64,000 bases of DNA from contig OZ024740.1 in NCBI GenBank assembly GCA_964016885.1, positions 189,348,001 through 189,412,000 of the forward strand, given 5' to 3'. The notes beneath the pieces are model-generated. The model was given only the letters and a program-made list of their open reading frames with translations. It had not been told where the DNA came from and made no database searches. Source of the DNA: Eledone cirrhosa. Its lineage: Eukaryota. Position numbers and translations under genes: made by a program. Numbering within the stretch: the stretch's first letter is position 1; each line of letters begins with the position of its first letter. Of the stretch, positions 53,095 to 64,000 are shown one piece after another.

Positions 53095-54021
53095 GTAAGT
53101 AATATTACTTTATTGTCTAATTTTAGCATATCTTAAGTTAAAATGGTTCTTAAATATACATTTTTTCTTCAATGAATATTAAATGAAGAATGTTCAGAAA
53201 ACATTTTGTCTACAATCATCTATGTAAATGGACTAACTGAAAACCGTTTATCCTTAGGCTTTGAGTTGGGAATTCTTAAATTTTATTCTATTAAGATTTT
53301 CCCCCCTAAAGATACCAAATATATGGAAATGGAGAAGTTTCGTTTTGTAATGTTTACATATTGATTTGTTTAAGTAGAAACAAATCAAATATTTTGGAGA
53401 GGGTAAATATAATTGATTGAATTATTGATAATTATTTTAACAAACTTTGATTGATGAAGGTATACCTTATCTCTACAGCATTTAAAAGTAGAATTGTGAG
53501 GGCTACATCTAAACAATGTAACATTCAGTTTAGTAGTAAATTTTCATTGGCATTCTAATTATGAGTGGCAAAGACAATTTACCACTAAACGTAAATTATG
53601 TTACATCTATTAGTAAATATGTGAGAAAATCTTTACTTTCACTACTTGGCAATTGGAAATAGATTAAAATTTAATTATATCATATTCAACAAACTACATC
53701 AACATTTTAGGAGTTATGAACATTTAAAAAATTAAAGTAGTCAGTATATTGACTATTATATGGAAAATGTACATTATTGGATGTAGACTTAATAATGTAT
53801 TATAATTCTATTCTCTAATATTTTAGTATATAAAAATTATATTTCAATTTAAAACTTTGTGTTGTATATAGAATCATATAAAGATATCAAAACATGTATA
53901 AAAGAATATAAACATATACAAAATAAGGTTCCATATGTTTATGAAAATATCTTTTATTGTAACTAAGAAATTTCTCTGTTCAGATTTATAAAATTAATAT
54001 TTATTATTCTCTTTATTTCAG

Positions 54022-54242
54022 CTGTGACGAAGAACATAAAAGTGATTATGTCTCTTTCTCTAACTTCTTCACCACACAAGATAGAAAAATGGATCGGTTC
54101 TGTGGTTTGAGAACGGGGAAGAATAATACGGTCAAGTCCGATGGCGAATTTTTCAAAGTCACATTCAAATCTAATGGCATTTATGATGCCCTTGGTTTCA
54201 TGGCAAAATATAGATTTGAACAAACAAACAATAAACAAATAA
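54022..54242 (+). CDS. sol-1: Exon: C-terminal half of the last CUB domain
   Basis: Acceptor CTTTATTTCAG, donor A|GTAAGT. Translates (N)CDEEHKSDYVSFSNFFTTQDRKMDRFCGLRTGKNNTVKSDGEFFKVTFKSNGIYDALGFMAKYRFEQTNNKQI. The string SDYV.FSNF...DRK..R.CG...SDG.FF.VT..SN is, as I recall it, typical of the last CUB domain of SOL-1. Phase 2 to phase 1. Confidence 0.92.
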
Positions 54243-54927
54243 GTAAGTGTCCAAGAAATGTTATTAATATATATATATCATCATTTAACGTCCATTTGTC
54301 CATTGTCCTGTGCACCCTCTATTTTAAATATGAATATCATCATTGTTTAATGTCCATCTTTCACACTAGAATTGGTAGGACAGGCTGTCCCTTTGTGAGG
54401 GATCAGGTCAGGGGACCAGGATTTCCTCCCACAGAACTGATTTTGGCTTCGTTTCTATGGTTAGATGCCCTTCCTAATGCCAACCACATTTACAGTGTGT
54501 GCTGAGTGCATTTTGCAACCACTTTACAGCATGGACTGGGTGCTTGCTTTTGTCAGGACACCTACATGAATACTATAGTGTGGGCTGGAATCTTTTTTCA
54601 TGGAACCAGGGGGGATCACTTTATAGAGGAGGTTGGAAACTCGGGAGGGTTGGGGAAGATACTTTGGGAAATTGGTGATATAGATATAAGAGTGTAGGTA
54701 TAAGGGAGGTTTATTTGATGGGAGATAGTAGGAAATGGTGTTGCCTACTAGGTATATGCCTCAGCCTGAGAATAATAGATGGTGGGTCTTCTGTAATACT
54801 TCATAGTGCCAGAGGTCACAGTCCTGTCATTGCCTTAGAGAGATGTAATTGAGCAAAGTCAGCTCTTATTACCTTATCCCAAGTCTTCCTAGGCCTGTCT
54901 ACTATATGCATACACACATATATATAT

Positions 54928-55023
54928 ATCATGTTTAATAAAGAAACGGCACCAACAGGAGTAGAACTGTGTCATTCAAAACAGTTCTAGTCTTGTAGAA
55001 GCCATTTATATATTAAACATGAT
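54928..55023. repeat. Older fold-back copy of the 47586 family
   Basis: ATCATGTTTAATA..AGAACTGT pairs with ACAGTTCT..TATTAAACATGAT. Downstream sequence (TATTGAGTAG, TTACTGTGG, AATTGAA) aligns with 47700-47770. Confidence 0.8.
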
Positions 55024-55836
55024 GCTTACATCTACTAATGTATTGAGTAGCTTAATTACTGTGGCTGGCCTTAATTGAACCTGGGACTCATATATATATA
55101 TGATGAGATTTTTTAGTTCCAGAAATAAATCTCAATCTTTAATGCTAGTCATTGATCTATATTATGTTGCTACAAAGGCCATTATGGGTAGTAATAATAA
55201 AGATAGTTATTTGGTTACATTGCAAAAAAAAAAAACTAACCATTTTAAATTCAATCAAGTGTGACAGCAAACTAGTCAATGTTACATTGTTAGCTTAAAA
55301 TATTCATGATATAATCTATATAATTACACAAAACTTTGTCATGTATGTATGGACTTCAAAGTATATTCTCACAATGATCATTATTTACTTAATTAAAGAT
55401 TGTTTACTTAAAGATTTTTAAAAGTAACCATATCTTTGTTACTCTCCAAAATCAAGTGCCTACAAAGAAAGCAGTAATTTCTATTTTACTGAAGCTTGAC
55501 ATTTAAACATAGACATAATACATTAAAGTGTAATGTGATACACTTATATTTATTTATTTATTTATTCAATCAATTTAAATGCATGTTTTGAACTAGTAAG
55601 CCATGGTAGTCTAGGACAAGTATCTACCACTTTTTACAGTTGAGAAACAGAGATATACAGAGATAAGTGAATATAAAAATGAAATACAATAAAGTATAAA
55701 ACTTAAATAGGGAAGGCCAATGGATGGCAAAATAAACATAAAAATTATATATTCTGCATTTCATTTAGACTGGGTTGAGATTTTTCCTAAAACATTGTTT
55801 AAAGTGTGTGACACAAATGAGAAACTGCAACAAAAT

Positions 55837-56200
55837 CATCATCATCATCACCATTTTACGTCTGTTCTTCCACACTAGCATGGGTTAGACAGGTTGTCCT
55901 GTTGTGGGCAGTGTCCGGTCGGCTAACCTTGTCTTGCTCATACGGGAACTGATTCTGGCTTGATTTCTAGAGCTGGATGCCCTTCCTAACACCAACCTCA
56001 TTTACAGTGAGTGCTGGGTGCTTTTTTTTTCCGTGGCGCCTACACGTCCACTTTACAGTGTGGGCTGGGTGCTTTTTTGCCGTGGCACCTTCACGACCAA
56101 TTTGCAGTGGAATGATAGGGACCCCAGTCCTATCATCTCATTGCTACAACTGAGTAAACTGGAGCAATGTGAAATAAAGTGTCTTGCTCAAGGAAACAAA
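55837..56200 (-). mobile_element. Composite SINE with an RTE-type tail (same family as 7800-8120)
   Basis: Shares GATTCTGGCTTGATTTCTA.AGCT.GATGCCCTTCCTAACA.CAACCTCATTTACAGTGAG with the 7800 copy and ends in (ATG)n on the minus strand. Confidence 0.75.
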
Positions 56201-57529
56201 CTGCTACAAAATGAGATGGGATTTTATAAAAGTAACATCTACATATAGTATAGAACATTGCAAAATATTTGAATAATTCTAAGAAATGGGAAACAAAAAA
56301 AGAAAGGTAAATAAGAAATAAGAATTAAGCAGTGGAAGAGGGAAGAGAGAGTAATGGACTTTACACTCCAGTTTGAGCAGTAATTCAGCTGTGACCCACA
56401 GATAAAATGGCAAAGGTACTGCCACAAAGAAGGGCCAGCAAAACCTGTTGCAACAGCCATCTCACCTCATGATACTTCTTTCTCAGGCAGGCTGCTGCCT
56501 GTGTGATTTTATGAAGGAAATCAGCAGTTCAGGGACCTGAAAACACCTGAGTTCTTGGTGGAAACTGTCAGGAAAGGAAAGTGGTTGTCAAGTCCTGGTA
56601 TTTGGTTATCTTCATCTCCTCTGCATTGTGCGCAGTGGTGACTAGATTCGTGGCTGAAGCAACAAGGTTGTGGATGCAGAGAATGAGTTGCAACATGTAA
56701 ACTAGATTAGGGATTTACCTCCCTTGAATGGAAAGACAGTTATTACATTGGAGTGCTTAACATCACCATGGTTGAGGCCAGCTGGGAAACCAGCTGCATT
56801 GAGGCTCCTTCTGATTATATTGTTCAGAGCGATGTGTCGGTCACTGCTTAATTCCTCTTTGCATACACCTTTCTTATTTTACTTTCTTTTTTTTTTTTTT
56901 TTTAATTTATGTAAATAAACGTTTTCTTTTATGTTAAAAAAGTCTAAAAATTTTAAGAAATTAGATATTAAATTCCAAAAAATTAATTTACATACTTAGA
57001 AAAAAATATATTTGATAGCAAGTAAGATGATGGTTACTAACATGTTTCAATCTGACTGAAACTTTTTAGCAAAGAGTAGATAAGCTGAAGCTTGCTTGAT
57101 CAGTCAACAGCAGTATTTTCACATAAAAAAATTATAAAAATTGTTGGCTAGTGGTAATTGGAATAATTAAAAAATAAAATCAGATAAGAAAAATAAATCA
57201 CATGTGTTTAAGTATTTGGATATGTTTTTCAAATGCAAGCTTTTAACATTAAACAGTGCTTAAATAAAATGAGTTGATATTAGCTGGTATTTTTAATGTC
57301 TGTTTGTGAATCATAAAGCATACAATGCAAAATCATAATTGTGAAATTAGAAATAATTAAGAGTTTATATTTTCCTATTAATATATTTCATTTTATGTTT
57401 TTTTACGTATGTACATGTGCATTTTTGAACATATCTATATTCATGCATATAGTTTATTTTATGCATTTCCTGGAAATTAATAAGCACCACTAACTGGCTT
57501 TTTTTCTACCATTTTCTCTTTTTTTTCAG

Positions 57530-57651
57530 CAGAAAAATCTAGATCAAGTAATGCCCCAAGAACATACACTATTGGTGATAGCTGTTCTTTATATGAACAC
57601 AGCCAACAATGGACGAGTATCTTGTGTCTACTTGTATTTTTTATGTTGTGA
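57530..57651 (+). CDS. sol-1: Probable terminal coding exon with a hydrophobic C-terminus (GPI-signal-like)
   Basis: Long pyrimidine tract and CAGCAG acceptor. In phase 1 it reads (T)EKSRSSNAPRTYTIGDSCSLYEHSQQWTSILCLLVFFML followed by TGA at 57649-57651. Confidence 0.72.
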
Positions 57652-57905
57652 CCGTTTTAATGCCACCTGCTTTGGATGTCAAAGAAAAAAATTATCTACG
57701 AATATTGAACTAATCAGCTGCATGCTTCACAGAGTTCTGATCCATATTATGTACCCACAACCATCAGAATAATATGTAGACCTCACAGAGGTCTGCTTGC
57801 TCTAATCTCCTATCCAACAATTATCATCAGAAATAAGATAGATTTTTTGCAAGGTTCTGTATATTATGTGAATACATAGAAATAATTATTTACAGAAGAG
57901 AAAAT

Positions 57906-57957
<52 letters not shown>

Positions 57958-58489
57958 TAATTTATTTTGGTTCAATGTGAATTTGGTGGATAGAAACATA
58001 GCTTAAGGGATCCCTGCCCCCTGAAATATATTATTACTTAGTTTTTCTTTTTCTTCTTTAAATCCAAATTCAGCTATTTTTATTACTGGATTTTGAAGAC
58101 AGAAAATGAAATCTTTATTATTTCCTAATCTTTGTATTAACCTAGATAATAATAATAATAACAATAAAGAAATATATCTTTATAATATTTAAACAGTAAA
58201 TAAGTGTTAATCATATTACCGTTGAAAGAAATGAAAATAAAATTTATAGACGTCTTGAAATTTGTTTCCAGTAATATTATAATATTAGTGTACCTTCTAA
58301 CACAAATTAGTTGAACAAATACAAAATATAAATAGTTTACTAATAAATAAATATATAAATCTATACAATGAATTAAATTTAATTTGCATGAGTTTTAATA
58401 ACAGAAAAATTAAAATAACCTGACTAATGGAAGACAATGCATTTTCAATTTGATAAAATTTGCAAAATAAAAAAGATTATATATATGTG

Positions 58490-58565
<76 letters not shown>

Positions 58566-61205
58566 CAGTTATTTTGTTCTTAAGTGATGTCATTTAATTA
58601 TTTATCTTCAAAATACTAACTTATTCAATTCTTAACTCTTTGGAGAAAATTCTGAGTTAGTTGTGTGGTATAGATGAAAGAAAAACAAAAAGGAAAAGAT
58701 GATATTCTTGACTCTAAGAAAAGTAAGAGCTAATGGAGCATGCCTAGCACTGATTTGGTAGCTGGTTGTAAATGGTGAGCCTATTCTTCTGTTGAAGATC
58801 TGCATACATATTTTGTCTATGCATGTGGAAACATTACATTTATAATATTAAGGAAATTTGTTTTCTTATAAAACAAAAAAGAACAAAAAGAAAAAAAAGA
58901 AATCAACCAATAATAATTGCTTAAGAAAAGGTAGAGAAAATTTTTTTTCTCAGTGTCTACCTGCACACCCTTGTCAAATTCTTCATCACGTAAAGAAGGA
59001 ATACAAATATAACATGGAAAGCCACAACTATAACCTATAAATGAATCATTATCACAACAAAGAATAATTCATACAATCCAGGAAAGAAAGAATGAAAAAA
59101 GAGAATAATATTAAAAATGAAAACATTGCCAAAAAAAGTCGTCACCGACATTCAGGAAGATAGGCTTCTTTCAGGTGAGTTATTCAGGCAAAAATGGCAT
59201 TCTGGGTCAAATACATGCCCATGCTTACCATCACGAGATTTGTTAGAATTGTAACACAAATGATGAACCCTTATCAGTTACCAGACTTGAGTCTAAGATC
59301 AAATCTTAGAAACAAAGGTTGCTTTATAGACTTTGAAAATACATTATGACAATAATAGTAGTAATGATAACAACAACAATAATAATAATAGTAATAATAA
59401 TAATAATAATAATATATTGTTTCTATATAGAAAGTAAGAAAAAAGCACATAAAGAACTGAGTAGATATAATCAATTAGTAACTAAAGTAACTATAGGATG
59501 TTAAATGAGAAAGTGAAGGAAAATAAAATTATTTCACTGGTGCTCATAAGGAAATAAAAATAATAATGTCAATATATATAAACACATAAACATGTTAACG
59601 TAATATTTAATATAAGTAACTAAATTAAATAAAATTTAAATTAAATGCGAATTAGAAAGCAAATAAAATACAAAAAAGTTACTATATGAAGTCATGTTTA
59701 ATCCATAGTCAAGCACTTATGATTCATTTTTCCATGGTTGGAATTATGCAAATGATGATGATGCATATCAGTCAGATTTAGTAAAATTATCAGCTAGCTG
59801 GACCTGAAAATCATTGCTTGTGACAATTATGGATATCTTCTACTAAATCATAATTAAAAAAATATACGTATGTATATGTGTATATATATATATATGTATA
59901 TATATTTATATAGACAGTAAACAATAGAAGATTAATTAGATCAGAGCGGGAAGGAAAAGTATATTTAAATTAGACATACAAATTTATAAAGCAAGCCAAA
60001 TGTTTTCACGTCTTAATTGGAAAGGTTCGGTGGTTTTCAAGTGTGGCTACTTTCTAGATAATTGTGTTGATTTACGATTTTAATTTTTTACTATTTTAAT
60101 TTTTTTAGTTATATATCATGAACCAATAAGTGGTTGTTTTCTTTTACGTTTTTCCCCATTTTGTTTTTATCTACATATATATATTTTTTTTTAAACAACA
60201 AAACTTGACCTGATCCATTGTAGATTTGCTGGTTGGGTTTATATTTAGAAACAAAACAAATTTATATAAAAAAAACTAGCATCTGATATGATGTGAAATA
60301 GTGATAATGTTCATCAACTTGCTTTATATGTTTTCAAACGAAAAAATTAATAATAATAATAATATATATATTCAACAAAATAAAAAATCAAGATGAAAAA
60401 TAAAAGTATCTTTTCAAATTGAAACAGAATTTTGAAAGGTAAAAAGAAGCAAAAATAAAACAAAATAAACAATCAAACATGAAGACAAAATGATTGAACT
60501 GCTGTAAGCAAGACCCAGGAAGTTGTTACCAAATTTTGATAAAAAAAAACAACCCAAAAATGAACCCTCAATGTAAAAAAGAAAAAGATGAACAAAATCT
60601 TGTTATTATTTTGGGGGTTTTAAGGGAGAATTGTTAAAAAAGGTTCCTATGAAATCCCAGGTAAAATTTAGATGAAATTGTGAGAGGAGGTTGCAAAGTT
60701 AAATTGAAAAAAAATGTAGGTTTATAATCATTAAAATATTAGTAGTATAAAGAACTATTTTGAAAGAATAATTTGTTCATTGATGCTTTGTCAGAGTTAT
60801 GACTAGCAAAAGCATTATTTGGCCAGAATTTTGAAACTAAGCATAACAATCAATGATATTCTAATTTTTGCAGAATATATAAGATTGTTAGAGACGGTGT
60901 CAGAGTATGGTGAAAAATTCTTGTCGAGCTGAATCAATAATTGATTTTTGCTTACATAGTTATTGCTCTTGGAAAAGGTATAAATGTTACAACTTCTCAT
61001 TATCCTCCACTATGTATATGATGCCTCATATATATATATACATATATTTGTGAGTGTGTGTATATACGTATGTATGTATATATGTGTATATATATATATA
61101 TATATATTTATGTGTGTATATGCATATATATGTGTATATATGTATGTGTGTATATGTATATATGTATGTATATATATATATGTATGTATATATATATATG
61201 TATAT

Positions 61206-61256
<51 letters not shown>

Positions 61257-62035
61257 TGTGGGTGTGAATATGTGAGTCATATATTTTAAGTTTATGTATT
61301 TTGGCAAGGGTAATGTTTAATTTAAGATGCACATAGATATTTAGATTTTCCTTATTTACATTCTGTACAGAGTTTTTATTGTTGTTGTTATTATTCTGAT
61401 AGGTTATATTAACAATAGTAATAACAACAATATGAATAAATATTAGTATGATGCTGACAGTGGTTATTGAATTTTGTTTGTAAATAATATTTTGTTAATA
61501 AGTTGTAAAAGTGTATTTGAAAATCTGTTACATCCAGAATGCGTACATATTTACCCATGCTTAATTTTATAGCCCCTTCTTATTAATATGGGATAAAATA
61601 ATTAGGATGAATTAAAACAACTCTAATAATAACACATTTTATAACTGAAATATTTATATAACTAATTTAATTAATTTGAATTTGTCATTTTACTGAATTC
61701 ATTGAAATCTCTATAGAGATACATGAAGCAAGAAACCTGTTATGAGATATATGAAATCCCTGTTCCATGACAGAAAACAGAAAGTGATTAAAAAATATGA
61801 ATGAGTAATACGTAAAATAGACCATTATTACAATTTTAGTTAATTTTTTAAAAATAAGAAGGCATTTCTCAGATTATCTGTTGAATATTGGAAGTAAAAT
61901 TCAGTAAGGCAATATCAATAAAAAAAAGCACATGTAAAAATGGAAGAAATTTTCTCACTCCCAGGTATTTACAAAAGTTGCCCTATAGCCACAATTAGCA
62001 TTTTTTGTTCATTTTTCTTCTTATTACAGTTGGGT

Positions 62036-62106
<71 letters not shown>

Positions 62107-62123
62107 TATATATATATATACAC

Positions 62124-62190
<67 letters not shown>

Positions 62191-62856
62191 GGTAACAAAT
62201 GAAGCATTACAAAACAAAATGTTGACGTACCAATTTTCCAAATGGGTATATGGAGATATAGGAAAAAAATAAAGGAAACAAATATATATATGAACCAATT
62301 TCCTTAAGTTATCCAGAGAGTTAAAAAAATATTCTGGGAGCTTTGGAAAAAATAAATAAATATATTTGAAAATAAAATAAAAAAAAACAACAAAAAACAC
62401 AAACAGAAACAAAAATCCCAACCCAAACAAACAAAAGCAGAGATGGCAACAAAACAATCCCAAAGCAGCTATATTCTCCTCCTCTTCTTTCTCTTCCTTC
62501 GCCTCTTCTCCATTCCAGATCTGGACTGAAACCCTTTCCCATCATGTGACTGTTTGAAAATGAACAACAACAACAATAACAAGAAAATAATGATAATAAT
62601 AATGATAAAGTAATAAAGAAAGAAAGAACGAAAGAAAAGAACAAATTAAAAAGAAAACAGAAAAAATTTGGGGGAAAAGAAAATGTTACGTTATGTTTTC
62701 CCCCCACTCCAGAACTCTTCCTTTGTTTATTAATTCATTTAAATTAGAGTTCACAAATGCTTGAACAAACAAACAAAAAAGTGAAAAAAATATGATGCTT
62801 CTGATGTTCTATACTGTGAATAATTTGTTATTTGTTATCATTATTATTACCTATTA

Positions 62857-62891
<35 letters not shown>

Positions 62892-63425
62892 ATTATTTAA
62901 ATTTTCATTATTATTATTATTATTATTATCATTATTATTATTTTTAATTGATTTTTTTATTTTTATTTTGGAAACAACATGGACACCAATAAAAAATATT
63001 TACTTTTAAGGTTGAAAAAATATATATATAAAATAAAGAAATAATAAAAGTGTTTAAATATATACAAAGTCTAAAATATCTTTGAATTTGACATCTGGCC
63101 AGTCATATATTTCCACCGGGAGAAGAAAAAAACATCAATAACAGCAAAAAAAAAAAAGAAACAAAAAATGATGGGAAAGCATTTACATAAATACTGTTAC
63201 AGAACAACCAAATTAGATTTGGAATAAAAATACTATGGAGTATAGGGTGACAGTACTTTATACATTATTTGATTGGTTTTCAGTTAGTAGTTGCTTTTAT
63301 GGCCCACTTCTAAATCATTTAGTATTGCAACTGCACACACACACACCATCATATATATATATATATGTGTATATATATATTTGTGTGTATACGTATATAT
63401 ATATATATATATATATATATGCATG

Positions 63426-63463
<38 letters not shown>

Positions 63464-64000
63464 CATATACACAAGTATGTATTTTTATGAGTTAAGAACA
63501 CTTCTGGAATTTTGTTTTACTCCCAGATTGCTAGTGTACAAGTTCAATTATTTCTGGTACTTATTTCTCTCAAGTATACATACAAGACAACAGTATAATT
63601 TTAACTTTTGATAACACTGGCTGTAATTTTAGGGAAAAACAAAAATCTTGCAAACATTCTGCAAAAGGAAAAATAAACATATACATTATATATATAAGTG
63701 AATTTAAGTCCTCATTTCTTTTTTACATTTAAAATTTTCAGCTTATTATTATTATATATTTTCATATTCATTGCATAATTAAAACCAAAAAGCAAATACA
63801 ATTACTATAAAATACAATGAGTACATTAATCAGTGACTAGAAGCTGTGTTATCCACTAAAATATGTTGCTAATTTCTTCTTTTTTACCTCACTGTTAAAC
63901 TTTGAGATGTGGCATTGAGCTACTAACAAGATTTGAAGGAAATCATAAAATAAAATAAAAATGACGCAAAAGAAGGAAAGAATGATAGTGGATACATTAC

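Noticed and set aside
56320-56930. GC-richer block that may be another decayed Tx1-like 3' end
   Set aside because: I could not recover convincing protein motifs, so it is left unannotated.
57551-57772. 73-aa ORF overlapping the terminal exon
   Set aside because: It is in a different frame from the one imposed by the upstream exon's phase 1 junction.
57649-57800. TGA stop followed by a small hairpin (GTAGACCTC-ACA-GAGGTCTGC), considered as readthrough or SECIS
   Set aside because: An in-frame TAA follows after two codons, and the hairpin lacks SECIS features.
58954-59175. Possible alternative exon (acceptor at 58953, CAG|GTGAGT donor near 59174)
   Set aside because: The pyrimidine tract is short with AGs just upstream, the frame stops early and there is no homology; unsupported without RNA data.

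Overview
AT-rich animal genomic DNA dense in microsatellites, SINEs and LINEs. The repeat content suggests an octopus or other coleoid cephalopod (inference). The only host gene I can support is the 3' half of a + strand multi-CUB-domain gene resembling SOL-1 (suppressor of lurcher 1, a glutamate-receptor auxiliary subunit). Its five phase-compatible exons are 27294-27484, 45717-45755, 52923-53094, 54022-54242 and 57530-57651, ending in a short hydrophobic C-terminus. I found no upstream exons, so most of the window is probably intron. The introns hold a young 5'-truncated RTE LINE with an uninterrupted 912-aa ORF, fragments of CR1, Tx1/L1, R4-like and older RTE LINEs, two non-autonomous Helitron-like elements and at least two tRNA-derived SINE families. 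The most notable signal is a dispersed set of short fold-back (inverted-repeat) elements, nearly all beside (TA)n tracts. Several carry complete or partial minimal type I hammerhead ribozyme cores (CUGANGA...GAAAC-palindromic loop-GUH) of the kind known from Penelope-like elements. The largest is a 387-bp near-perfect palindrome (19904-20290) made of two head-to-head hammerheads with a long stem II. All folds and alignments were done by eye; no searches were run.
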